IMG/VR virus record: IMGVR_UViG_3300022916_001241
Reading direction: 5' to 3' (one strand)
Length of the DNA stretch: 64,000 nt
DNA from: an uncultured virus (IMG/VR IMGVR_UViG_3300022916_001241)
Lineage: Duplodnaviria; Heunggongvirae; Uroviricota; Caudoviricetes
How positions within the stretch are numbered: position 1 is the first letter of the stretch; each line of letters starts with the position of its first letter. Both the position numbers and the translations under genes were made by a program. Shown one piece after another: positions 1-8,623 of the stretch. Below the pieces are notes generated by a model, which worked only from the letters and a program-made list of their open reading frames with translations, searched no databases and was not told the DNA's origin.

Positions 1-193
1 GCATTATTTGACACATACATTGTATCTACATCTAGATCTTTTAACTCAGAAGTTCCAGAAAAATAAGCATTATTTGACACATACATTGTATCTACATCTA
101 GATCTTTTAACTCAGAAGTTCCAGAAAAATAAGCATTATTTGACACATACATTGTATCTACATCTAGATCTTTTAACTCAGAAGTTCCAGAAA
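1..193. repeat. Perfect 66-bp tandem repeat (about 2.9 copies visible) encoding a 22-aa unit
   Basis: Unit gcattatttgacacatacattgtatctacatctagatcttttaactcagaagttccagaaaaataa starts at 1, 67 and 133. Copies are identical and the third diverges at 194. Confidence 0.97.
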
Positions 194-326
194 CATACAG
201 GTTGTTAGGAAAATATACTGAACTCGAAACAACTAGCTGTTCAAACTCAACACTATCTGTATATAATGTTCCCGAAATATGGGCATTATTACTAACGTAT
301 ATATCAGTTGTTTTAAATGTAGACAT
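1..326 (-). CDS. Partial (3' truncated by window edge) tail-fibre-like repeat protein
   Basis: Not in the ORF track because it has no stop in the window. ATG at 326 reads open to position 1: MSTFKTTDIYVSNNAHISGTLYTDSVEFEQLVVSSSVYFPNNLYV, then repeats of SGTSELKDLDVDTMYVSNNAYF. It abuts the stop of the 333..647 gene in the same orientation. Confidence 0.8.
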   Translation of the reverse strand, partial: MSTFKTTDIYVSNNAHISGTLYTDSVEFEQLVVSSSVYFPNNLYVSGTSELKDLDVDTMYVSNNAYFSGTSELKDLDVDTMYVSNNAYFSGTSELKDLDVDTMYVSNN

Positions 327-332
327 ACTTAA

Positions 333-647
333 TTAATCTCCAACAGCAATCCAATCAACGGTTCCAGTAAATGGAGCACTAGCCTCAACAGTAAATCCCG
401 ATGTTGAAACACTAGTGATATACAAATTAACATTAACAGTGTCATCGGAACCAACGGGAACTGGTGTTACCTTTGGCACACTTGTAAAAGCTTCTGTGAA
501 TGTTTCAGATTCAGAGTCACTACTTGTAAAACTTATACTTCCTTTATCTATTGTCACATCAAGCTCCTCACTTAAAATAGGTTTTTTGCTATATCCAACA
601 AATGGATATATCATTTTTTGCCTTTGTTTATCATATTTATAAGCCAT
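333..647 (-). CDS. Small virion protein, H-type-lectin-like / tail-fibre C-terminal-like beta domain
   Basis: Pattern FTSVPKVT...VNLYITSVSTSGFTV...VDWIAVG resembles these small beta-sandwich domains; tail-fibre neighbourhood. Confidence 0.5.
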   Translation of the reverse strand: MAYKYDKQRQKMIYPFVGYSKKPILSEELDVTIDKGSISFTSSDSESETFTEAFTSVPKVTPVPVGSDDTVNVNLYITSVSTSGFTVEASAPFTGTVDWIAVGD

Positions 648-655
648 AATTAAAA

Positions 656-1210
656 CTACTCGTCAATTAAATAAAATGAAATTTGTATACTAGCCTTCGT
701 ATTATCATTAGTAGCGGCAACTTCGACCAAATATGCTGTATCTGGCTTTCCCACCCATTCTGCAAAATTATTCGATGAGCCTCCAACATTACTTTTTTTA
801 GCAGACGAACCCACCAACTCTACAAACAAAATGTCCCCATTACTAGAAACTGTTGGGTTACTCATGAACAGCCCAGTAGAACCAGTGTTTGTAGATTCTC
901 TATTATAATTCCTGACCAGTGCATTTGAACCACTACTAGACACTATAGGGTTTTCATAAAACTTAACAACTATTTCATCACTAGCACTAACTCCTATCCT
1001 AGCATGAACCTCGACTGCGGCAGGACATTGAAGCAACCACAACTTGGGAGAGCCAGAATCCACATCACCATCAATATCAGTTGCTACATAAAAATCGCCA
1101 CAATGAACCTTGCAATGAAGTGGACTATCCACACATAAAAACTTAACCTCACTATCAATATGTGCAACAGTGGAACCACTTACTAAACTAACTGAATTAA
1201 AATACGACAT
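656..1210 (-). CDS. Hypothetical protein, probably virion structural
   Basis: 184-aa ORF, beta-rich, several SGS/SAS/TGS motifs, purine-rich RBS upstream. Confidence 0.5.
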   Translation of the reverse strand: MSYFNSVSLVSGSTVAHIDSEVKFLCVDSPLHCKVHCGDFYVATDIDGDVDSGSPKLWLLQCPAAVEVHARIGVSASDEIVVKFYENPIVSSSGSNALVRNYNRESTNTGSTGLFMSNPTVSSNGDILFVELVGSSAKKSNVGGSSNNFAEWVGKPDTAYLVEVAATNDNTKASIQISFYLIDE

Positions 1211-1224
1211 AATAAATTATCCCC

Positions 1225-2148
1225 TTACAATATCAGCCAATCTGACCCACTATGAGCCAACATTATAGAATTAAATTGTGTAACTATTGTTTGGCCAGCA
1301 GAACCATCAATATTCTCACCTATAGATGATTCAATTAATAGACTATTTGGACTACCATCTAACTTTTTAATATGATAAACCTTACCTTCACAATCACCAA
1401 CATTTGGCAAACTCGCTGTTGCCGCACCTGACCCAACATCAAAAAACACCGCTTGATCATTAATTTGCAACGTATAATCAGAGGTTTTAGTCTTTACATC
1501 TAAAATTCCTGCTGTATATTGACTTCCATAAGCATTATATATTGTACCAGAAACAACAGTATCCCCGCCAAATAATGCCACACCCTCACCACTTGCCTTG
1601 CCTCCAACAGAACCAGAAACTGAAAGGTATGCATCAGAAGCCGGTGGTCCCATTGGATTCATATTACTACCAACAATAACCCTGTGACCACTAACACCAG
1701 AGTCAATTTGTACCCCATTAGGCCCAACTACATTTGCAACCCACTCTGTACCATTTGCAACAGGATATCTACCATATATTGTTCCAGAATGAACCGTATC
1801 ACCACCAAATAAAGCAACACCTTCGCCCCTAGTTTTTCCACCAATTGCACCAGAAACAAACAACAACAGATCAGATCCGGCTGAATCTGCGTAATAACTA
1901 TCTCCTTCGTTGCCTGCTATTGCAACCGAAGATGTCGTATTTATTTTATTTCCACCATTGTTCCAAATAACAACAGGATCTCCACTATCATCTTCACCAA
2001 CACTTAACGTATAAACACTTCCGCTTACTTTAGTTTTAAGCTGCTCTAAGTCTGATCTATACCATATATCACCATCTTTAAATCCAGAGTTGCCAGTAGA
2101 AACGGGAACTTCTAATTGTCCTTCATGAAAGCTATCGCCAAATCCCAT
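1225..2148 (-). CDS. Tail fibre-like protein
   Basis: Two copies of VSGxxGGKxxGEGVALFGGDTVxSGTIY. C-terminal KTSDYT...ATASLP...GKVYHIKK...IDG...W module is typical of phage fibre repeats. AGGAG RBS. Confidence 0.6.
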   Translation of the reverse strand: MGFGDSFHEGQLEVPVSTGNSGFKDGDIWYRSDLEQLKTKVSGSVYTLSVGEDDSGDPVVIWNNGGNKINTTSSVAIAGNEGDSYYADSAGSDLLLFVSGAIGGKTRGEGVALFGGDTVHSGTIYGRYPVANGTEWVANVVGPNGVQIDSGVSGHRVIVGSNMNPMGPPASDAYLSVSGSVGGKASGEGVALFGGDTVVSGTIYNAYGSQYTAGILDVKTKTSDYTLQINDQAVFFDVGSGAATASLPNVGDCEGKVYHIKKLDGSPNSLLIESSIGENIDGSAGQTIVTQFNSIMLAHSGSDWLIL

Positions 2149-2247
2149 GTGTATAATTCTCCTACAACAAAATAATTTGCTTCTCTAATATATATAGTTT
2201 TAAAGATTAATTAATGACAAAAAAATATTTGAAATTGAAAAGAAATA

Positions 2248-2649
2248 TTAACCAACGCCACCCCAACCAGTTTCCTTTGTATTATTTGTTGAGCCAGTGA
2301 TAGTCCAAAAATTTTGACTTTTTACCACTGTCAACCCTGCAAATAGCTGATATGGAGCACTGCCACCAAGAGCCTTAAGCCATAACTCTGAGATTCTAAC
2401 ATCTAACGTTAATGAATCATTCGGTCCTAACTCCACATAATTGTTACCATTTACGCCATTTTCTGTAAACCCCATTCTGATTGTATCTGAGCTTCCTGTG
2501 TTGTGAAGCATAATTTGGCCAGTAACCTTGCTATCAAATGTAATCCTGTTGGCGTTTGCGGTCGCAATTGAAGAAGTTACCCAAGGGTCTTTTGCCATTC
2601 TATATACATCAACATTATTCGGACCAAAGTAAGGTGTTCCAAGTCCCAT
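2248..2649 (-). CDS. Small virion structural protein (beta-sandwich-like)
   Basis: 133 aa with TSS/TGS motifs, between head and fibre genes. Confidence 0.45.
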   Translation of the reverse strand: MGLGTPYFGPNNVDVYRMAKDPWVTSSIATANANRITFDSKVTGQIMLHNTGSSDTIRMGFTENGVNGNNYVELGPNDSLTLDVRISELWLKALGGSAPYQLFAGLTVVKSQNFWTITGSTNNTKETGWGGVG

Positions 2650-2651
2650 TT

Positions 2652-2975
2652 TTATTCTCTCCCTGACAATTTATTTTCAATGTCATCTTTAATTATTGTT
2701 AACTCGTCAAAAAACCCATCTAATTCTTTCAAAAAAGAATCAACTTCTTGTGGATTAAAAATATGCAACAAATCACTACCAATTGTAATGCCTATTTTTT
2801 CTAACTTTATAAACGCAGAACTAATATCTGACAATAAACTTCCCAATTCCTCTACCTCATTAACACTTAAATAAGGATGTTTTTCCTCATCTTCTGTTGG
2901 TGGTAAAAACCTATCTCTATCCAGCTTATCAAAAAACTCCTTTATCAATCGTCTTTCAAATTTAATGTCACCCAT
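2652..2975 (-). CDS. Hypothetical protein, candidate internal head protein
   Basis: 107 aa, N-terminal LIKE motif, near the prohead protease. Confidence 0.45.
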   Translation of the reverse strand: MGDIKFERRLIKEFFDKLDRDRFLPPTEDEEKHPYLSVNEVEELGSLLSDISSAFIKLEKIGITIGSDLLHIFNPQEVDSFLKELDGFFDELTIIKDDIENKLSGRE

Positions 2976-2977
2976 AA

Positions 2978-3211
2978 TTATTCTCCTCCATCTCCTCCAT
3001 CATCACCACCATCATCGTCACCACCACCATCATCTCCGTAATCACCCCCTGCATCGCCATATCCGCCTGCCAACATATCATCAATATCATCATACCAACC
3101 AATATCACCACTAGTTGACATGCCTGTTATCTGCATAGACTTAGGATCAAACCTGTAAAACTTAAATTCTTCTTTAATTATATTCTCTATATATTTTTCT
3201 AATAAGTTCAC
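2978..3211 (-). CDS. Small acidic Gly/Asp-tailed protein, candidate internal head protein
   Basis: GTG start with AAGGAG RBS, MNLLEKYIENIIKEE leader, C-terminal GGDYGDDGGGDDDGGDDGGDGGE. Confidence 0.55.
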   Translation of the reverse strand: MNLLEKYIENIIKEEFKFYRFDPKSMQITGMSTSGDIGWYDDIDDMLAGGYGDAGGDYGDDGGGDDDGGDDGGDGGE

Positions 3212-3223
3212 CTATTTAACTCC

Positions 3224-3862
3224 TTATAATTCACAACTATAAGTATCACATCTATTTAATATTCTATTACAAATTCTATATACTCTATCTGACTTGTTTA
3301 AAGTTTTATTTAAGATATTTTCCACTTGTTCTCTTTTCAACTCAACAGCATTATTATGTTTCATTATTGCATTGTTTGTTGATGGCTCACATACAAGATC
3401 AAAAGCAACTAATGTATAACTAGTTACAACTTCATTATCATTCTGTCTTTTTGTCTCACCAACGCCCCTGGATGAAATCCCAATAACACCACTATCCTCA
3501 ACAATAACCATAATATCTTTTCCAACTCTTGTTGGCAATATTTTTATTTTACCCCAAACTTCATTTCCATCCCACCAAATATCTAACATCCTTAAAGCAG
3601 TTGACTTTAATGATACTGTCGAATCATCTGGGTGATCTGCCTCTCCCCAAGCTCTATTTTCTGCAATAATCTTTTTGTAATTATCAACCTCAACCTCTAA
3701 AATATGTCTAGGATATATTCTACCGTTAGCGTTTACAGAATCTGCCCGCTGTATAACACCAGTCAATATAAAGTCTCTCCCATTCTCTATAGACTCTTTT
3801 ATAAGGCCAGTGTTGTTTTTAACATCAATAAAGAAATCATCTATTAATAGTTTTTTTGACAT
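3224..3862 (-). CDS. gp21: Prohead core protease, T4 gp21-like
   Basis: Motifs NANGRIYP, GEADHP (catalytic His), GISSRGVG (catalytic Ser) and FDLVCEPS match the gp21 family. Confidence 0.93.
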   Translation of the reverse strand: MSKKLLIDDFFIDVKNNTGLIKESIENGRDFILTGVIQRADSVNANGRIYPRHILEVEVDNYKKIIAENRAWGEADHPDDSTVSLKSTALRMLDIWWDGNEVWGKIKILPTRVGKDIMVIVEDSGVIGISSRGVGETKRQNDNEVVTSYTLVAFDLVCEPSTNNAIMKHNNAVELKREQVENILNKTLNKSDRVYRICNRILNRCDTYSCEL

Positions 3863-3915
3863 ACTTAAATTCCTCAGCTAATTATAATTATATTCAATTT
3901 TATTAAATTTACTTT

Positions 3916-4989
3916 TTATTTTTTTAATCCCTTATAATACTCTTCTTTCTTATCTAACCCCACTTCTTGCCAGTACCTACTTTCTGAATGTCTTTTATCC
4001 TTTAGATACCATTCTTTTATTCCACTAAACCACTCAATAGCAGGGCCATCAGTTCGATGAAGCTTTCCATTTAAATACCATTTTTTTGATTCATCAGAGT
4101 CTTCAATAGCAGGACCATCTTTTCGATGAAGCTTTCCATTCAACCACCATTCTTTTGTTCCATCAGCCCACTCAATTGCAGGACCATCTTCTCGATGGCG
4201 CTCTCCGTTTAGATACCACGATCTCAATCCACCAGGAGTTTCAATTGCAGGACCATCAGTTCGATGAAGAAGTCCATTTAGATACCACAATATTGTCCCA
4301 TCATCCTTTCTTATCATCCCCGTAAATGGAACATACTTAAATATCGAACTTGGAATGTTATATTGTTGCAACTTGCCTTTCAGCCAACTTAAATTCTTCT
4401 CATTATCCTTAGAATCAAACACCTCTTTGCTATCACCCTCACCAACCGCAACTGCAACCTTCTCCCCACCATCTTTTGGCAATATGTAATATAATGTTAC
4501 TTCTCCTAAATATTTTTCAAAATGACTTGAGTTGTTCTTCCATGCCGTACACCACTTCGTATTGCTTCCATAATAACAACTGGCTTTATGAGTCTTCGGA
4601 ATTAATACCACAACTTCATCATTCTCAAATACAATGTCTGCACCCTGTTTCTTTACAGCTTTTTTTTGTTGACGCTTTGAAGAGTCTGAAACTTTGCTTA
4701 ATTCACTTCCAAGATCGCTCAAACTATTATATTTATATAAGTCCTTCTTATCACCCTTCAGCCTTTGAGTGTTTTTATGAAATTTATTAACCAAGTCAAT
4801 AACACTCGCCTCATTTTCCCCACCATAAACAACTTGTCGAGTCATCCATAAAAGATATTTATTGTTACCTGACGGATCTTGACTAGATAAATTGTTAACA
4901 AGATCTTTGTTGTTAAAATATTTATTCCGAACATCCTCCAACCTTCCCTCAGCCAACAATAATCTAATATATTTTTCTAATAAGTTCAC
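3916..4989 (-). CDS. Candidate internal head protein: conserved N-terminal domain (SCYYG..TKWC) plus C-terminal HRxDGPAIE repeats
   Basis: GTG start with GAGGTG RBS and LLLAE leader. About 200 N-terminal aa are paralogous to 6145..7983. Four 23-aa repeats at the C-terminus. Confidence 0.7.
   Translation of the reverse strand: MNLLEKYIRLLLAEGRLEDVRNKYFNNKDLVNNLSSQDPSGNNKYLLWMTRQVVYGGENEASVIDLVNKFHKNTQRLKGDKKDLYKYNSLSDLGSELSKVSDSSKRQQKKAVKKQGADIVFENDEVVVLIPKTHKASCYYGSNTKWCTAWKNNSSHFEKYLGEVTLYYILPKDGGEKVAVAVGEGDSKEVFDSKDNEKNLSWLKGKLQQYNIPSSIFKYVPFTGMIRKDDGTILWYLNGLLHRTDGPAIETPGGLRSWYLNGERHREDGPAIEWADGTKEWWLNGKLHRKDGPAIEDSDESKKWYLNGKLHRTDGPAIEWFSGIKEWYLKDKRHSESRYWQEVGLDKKEEYYKGLKK
4012..4287 (-). 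repeat. Four 69-bp (23-aa) imperfect coding repeats, WxLNGxxHRxDGPAIE (MORN-variant-like)
   Basis: Units begin at minus-strand positions 4287, 4218, 4149 and 4080, with a partial fifth at 4011. Confidence 0.92.
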
Positions 4990-5075
4990 AAAGAAGCACC
5001 TCTTATCACAAGTTTAAAATTGACCTTTTTTTATTACACATATAAGCCTCCATATCAATACCAAAAAAATCAAAT

Positions 5076-5450
5076 TTAGCTCACAATGTATTTTCTAAAA
5101 ATTCTAATGTAGTACCTACTAAGAGCAGGAGAAAGCGCCTCAAACGATTCTGACTCACTTTCTTGCTTAATTTTTAAAGTTTCACCAACCGACTCTTTAT
5201 ATTTTTTCTTGAGAATTTTTTCAGTATCATCCAAAATCTCATAACCTTGTTCAAAACATTGTTTATATTTTGGAGAACCCTTATAATCAATTACATCAGC
5301 AACAATATAATATAAAACAAACCCATCATTATCAAACTTTATTTGGATGCCTATGTTTGGGTTCATACTTTCCAGACTGTCTATAATTGTTTTAATTGCT
5401 GATTGTTGATAATCAATCATACCAACATCTTTATTAAACATCATCTTCAT
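5076..5450 (-). CDS. Hypothetical protein
   Basis: 124-aa ORF overlapping the upstream gene stop, co-oriented. Confidence 0.6.
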   Translation of the reverse strand: MKMMFNKDVGMIDYQQSAIKTIIDSLESMNPNIGIQIKFDNDGFVLYYIVADVIDYKGSPKYKQCFEQGYEILDDTEKILKKKYKESVGETLKIKQESESESFEALSPALSRYYIRIFRKYIVS

Positions 5451-5805
5451 TTCCTCCAGAAATTAATTGTTTAGCCCTCTTCAGGGCATCATCTTTGCTT
5501 AAATATATACCATGAATATGTTCTGGATCTAGTCCACCCTTTGCAGCCCTCATTAATTGCACAATGTTAGACTCATATACAATATCCCCCAAGCTAGGTG
5601 AATCAGTCCTTCCAATCTTCTCAACAACATAAAAAGAAACTGGAAAATTATCGAACTCAATTTCAATTTCAGGACCAAAGCCAGGATATAACTTTTCTTT
5701 AAACTCATTAACAACTTTCAATGCCTGATCAAGTTTGCCACTTTTTTTAGCTTTATTTAACTCTTCTTTTAAAAAATTTGCAAATTCACTTACATTAATT
5801 TTCAT
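5434..5805 (-). CDS. Hypothetical protein, candidate internal head protein
   Basis: N-terminus MKINVSEFANFLKEEL. Confidence 0.55.
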   Translation of the reverse strand: MKINVSEFANFLKEELNKAKKSGKLDQALKVVNEFKEKLYPGFGPEIEIEFDNFPVSFYVVEKIGRTDSPSLGDIVYESNIVQLMRAAKGGLDPEHIHGIYLSKDDALKRAKQLISGGNEDDV

Positions 5806-5811
5806 TTTTAT

Positions 5812-6138
5812 TTATTCCCCTACCTTGTTATCTTCAATTGATTGTTTAATTTTTTCCCTTTTAAACACATCACCATAAAGATTATTATATGTATCTTTTA
5901 AATTATCATTAAATTCACTAAAAGTCTTATAAAGATCAATTTCATATCTTTGTTTAACCAACTCAAAGAACCCAACTGGGGTTGTGTTTGAAAAACCTTT
6001 CATCGCAATAATCACATCCTCAATAACACTCTTAAAATCAGGACTGTTTTTAAATGCATCCAAACCTAAATTTGCATTATACTTAACCTCTTCCTTTAAA
6101 ATATCTTTAAGTTCACCTTTTGTTAGCTTTACTTTCAT
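5812..6138 (-). CDS. Hypothetical protein, candidate internal head protein
   Basis: N-terminus MKVKLTKGELKDILKEEV. Confidence 0.55.
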   Translation of the reverse strand: MKVKLTKGELKDILKEEVKYNANLGLDAFKNSPDFKSVIEDVIIAMKGFSNTTPVGFFELVKQRYEIDLYKTFSEFNDNLKDTYNNLYGDVFKREKIKQSIEDNKVGE

Positions 6139-6144
6139 TTATTT

Positions 6145-7983
6145 TTATCTCCCAATAATTTTAGAGTTAATTAGATTTTTCTTATACTCTCTATTAAATT
6201 CATAATTCTCTTTTTTAACATAATTAGACATAGCCACATCAATAAAAGTTAATAACTTTTTATATAAATCATCATACAATATATTTATATTTTGATCCAA
6301 CCCAACAATACCATTTAAATACCCATAAACCTTATTTATGTCTCTTTGTGACTTTCTTTTTAATTCAATAAAAACATTTTCATATATACCCTTATTTTTA
6401 ATAATATATTCTGCATTCCAATTGGCGCTATACATAGTCTTCTTTACATTAGTAGTAATATCTAAATCGCTTTTATCTATTGAAGCAGGATCTAAATAAG
6501 AATTAATCTCTAACTCACCCATCTTATCCTTAAAAAGTTGTCTTTCTTTAGAAGATGTTTTTTTAGAAAAATTAATCAACATACCCATAACACTATCATG
6601 TAAAACGTTTTTAAATACACTACTTAAAAACACACCTAGCTGACTACTAACAAACTCATCTGCATTAAAATTACCTATACCCTTTTTTCTTGCCAACTCC
6701 TCTAAATCAAACTTAAATTCCAAACCCATAAAATATTTATATAAAGAATCTTCACCATTATATTCTATATTCTTTAACTTTTTAGACTTTCCAAATAAAC
6801 CCCTAATCAACCTTTCTTGATTAACATCTTTGCTAATAATATATCCTTCATCAACCAATGCATCATAAACTATCCCATTTTCAACAATATCTTTTATGCT
6901 ATCATCAGTTTCTTTCATACGTTCAGCAAACTCCTCATAATCATCATCTTGTTCCATATTAAAATCGAACCTAACACTTATAAAGTCTCCTTCCTCATCA
7001 ACCTCAATATAATCACTTGTATAAATATAATTGTTATTTAAAATACCACTAATTGTACCATCAATTTCACCAGCACCACTTTCATTAAATCTGTCTCCCT
7101 TTTGTAACTTAACCTGAAAGGAACCATACCCCCTGAAATCATACCTCCCAGCATCATATTCATCATAATCCAGCATAACATAACCATTACTATCTTGTTC
7201 AAAGGCATTAACTAACTGCTGTAAATGTTCCTCTATAGCCTTACCAGGAGATTCCTTGTCAAAACTTTGATTGATGCCATCCTCAACTATATCAACAATT
7301 TCTTCATCTTCATCAAACAAATCAAACAATATGCCACCCAAACTATGACCTATTATCTCTCTATCTAAGACATCAAAAGCAGTTTCAAGATCGGCATTGG
7401 CATCAAACACTAAAGCTACCTTGCCACCATAACCTAAATCATCTTCCTCCTTATTACCCATAACTCTCTTCCTAAAAACAAAAATAAACGCCTTCCCTTT
7501 AGAAGTATATTGATTCCAATAATTTTCGCTTTTTGTATATGATATGCACCATTGCGTTCCCCTTCCATAATAACAACTAGCATCTTCACTTAATGGTCGC
7601 ACAACCATATAATTTTTATCGTTATAAATTATATGTGCATTTTCAGTCATCCTTATTTTTAACTCTTCTTTTTTTTCTTTACTAGTTTTATCTAGATTAT
7701 TCAACATTGTTCTTAATTCGACCAAAGACTTATAAGAGTTAATATCTTTATTTGTTAACCTTTGAACATTATCATTAAATCTTTTAATAGCATCAACAAT
7801 ATATAAACTTTGGCCTGGATCTTTAACCCACTCTCTCATTGCCCACATCAAATATTTATTATTTCCAGGTAAATATTCTGCAAAATAATCTACCTTCTCT
7901 TTATGTTCTGGGAACTTTTCTTTTGCATCACTAACCCTTGACTCAACAAGAAGCATATCAATATTTTCTAACAAAATACTCAT
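6145..7983 (-). CDS. Candidate internal head protein, paralog of 3916..4989 with a different acidic C-terminal region
   Basis: LLVESR leader. GNNKYLMW and ASCYYGRGTQWCIS motifs are shared with 3916..4989. Confidence 0.7.
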   Translation of the reverse strand: MSILLENIDMLLVESRVSDAKEKFPEHKEKVDYFAEYLPGNNKYLMWAMREWVKDPGQSLYIVDAIKRFNDNVQRLTNKDINSYKSLVELRTMLNNLDKTSKEKKEELKIRMTENAHIIYNDKNYMVVRPLSEDASCYYGRGTQWCISYTKSENYWNQYTSKGKAFIFVFRKRVMGNKEEDDLGYGGKVALVFDANADLETAFDVLDREIIGHSLGGILFDLFDEDEEIVDIVEDGINQSFDKESPGKAIEEHLQQLVNAFEQDSNGYVMLDYDEYDAGRYDFRGYGSFQVKLQKGDRFNESGAGEIDGTISGILNNNYIYTSDYIEVDEEGDFISVRFDFNMEQDDDYEEFAERMKETDDSIKDIVENGIVYDALVDEGYIISKDVNQERLIRGLFGKSKKLKNIEYNGEDSLYKYFMGLEFKFDLEELARKKGIGNFNADEFVSSQLGVFLSSVFKNVLHDSVMGMLINFSKKTSSKERQLFKDKMGELEINSYLDPASIDKSDLDITTNVKKTMYSANWNAEYIIKNKGIYENVFIELKRKSQRDINKVYGYLNGIVGLDQNINILYDDLYKKLLTFIDVAMSNYVKKENYEFNREYKKNLINSKIIGR

Positions 7984-8619
7984 TTATTTGATTCCTTTAT
8001 ATCCATTCTGCAATATATATTTAACCAAAGCAATTTCAAAATAACTCATATCTGACAACAATTTATCAACTTTTTTATAATAAGAATTAATATAGTTGTC
8101 CCTCTTCTTGACCCTTTTAACAACTAAGTCTATCTCCAACAATTCATTACTTTCTAACGAGCCTAATTTATCAATAACATCCTTAGCATAGATTGATGAT
8201 ATATTCTTTAATCTATTTTTTTGTCCAGCTTTATCATAATTGACCTTCACCATATAATCATCATAATCAACATGTAAATTAAAGCCAGCAAAAACCTCTC
8301 CAGTGTCTATAAGCTCTACAGAAAAATAAACAACAGGATTGTTAACATCAGTTTCTTCATCTGTCTTTATACCACAAACCTGAATTCGTCTATTGTCAAC
8401 CTTCTCTTCTATAATCTCAATGGCCTTTGCCAAAGCCTCCCTTTTTGCAAACAAAACACCGTCCAACAAATCTCTCAACTGAGCGTTTGAGGCTAATGTT
8501 TGCTTTGACAACCTTGCTGTAATTTCTTCAAAGTTTGGTGTGCTATCAAAAACAACTTGTTCATTTAAGATATGTTCAAAATAACTCTTTATTGATAAAT
8601 TCAGATCATTATTACTCAT
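7984..8619 (-). CDS. Hypothetical protein, candidate head protein
   Basis: Likely start is ATG at 8619 (MSNNDL...), just after the upstream stop at 8624, rather than 8655. ILNE motif near the N-terminus. Confidence 0.55.
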   Translation of the reverse strand: MSNNDLNLSIKSYFEHILNEQVVFDSTPNFEEITARLSKQTLASNAQLRDLLDGVLFAKREALAKAIEIIEEKVDNRRIQVCGIKTDEETDVNNPVVYFSVELIDTGEVFAGFNLHVDYDDYMVKVNYDKAGQKNRLKNISSIYAKDVIDKLGSLESNELLEIDLVVKRVKKRDNYINSYYKKVDKLLSDMSYFEIALVKYILQNGYKGIK

Positions 8620-8623
8620 AATA

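Noticed and set aside
1..193. CRISPR array
   Set aside because: The 66-bp units are contiguous and identical with no unique spacers, and they lie in frame within a minus-strand ORF.
8..208. Plus-strand 66-aa ORF
   Set aside because: Shadow of the minus-strand repeat gene; it is open only because the repeat unit is a multiple of three.
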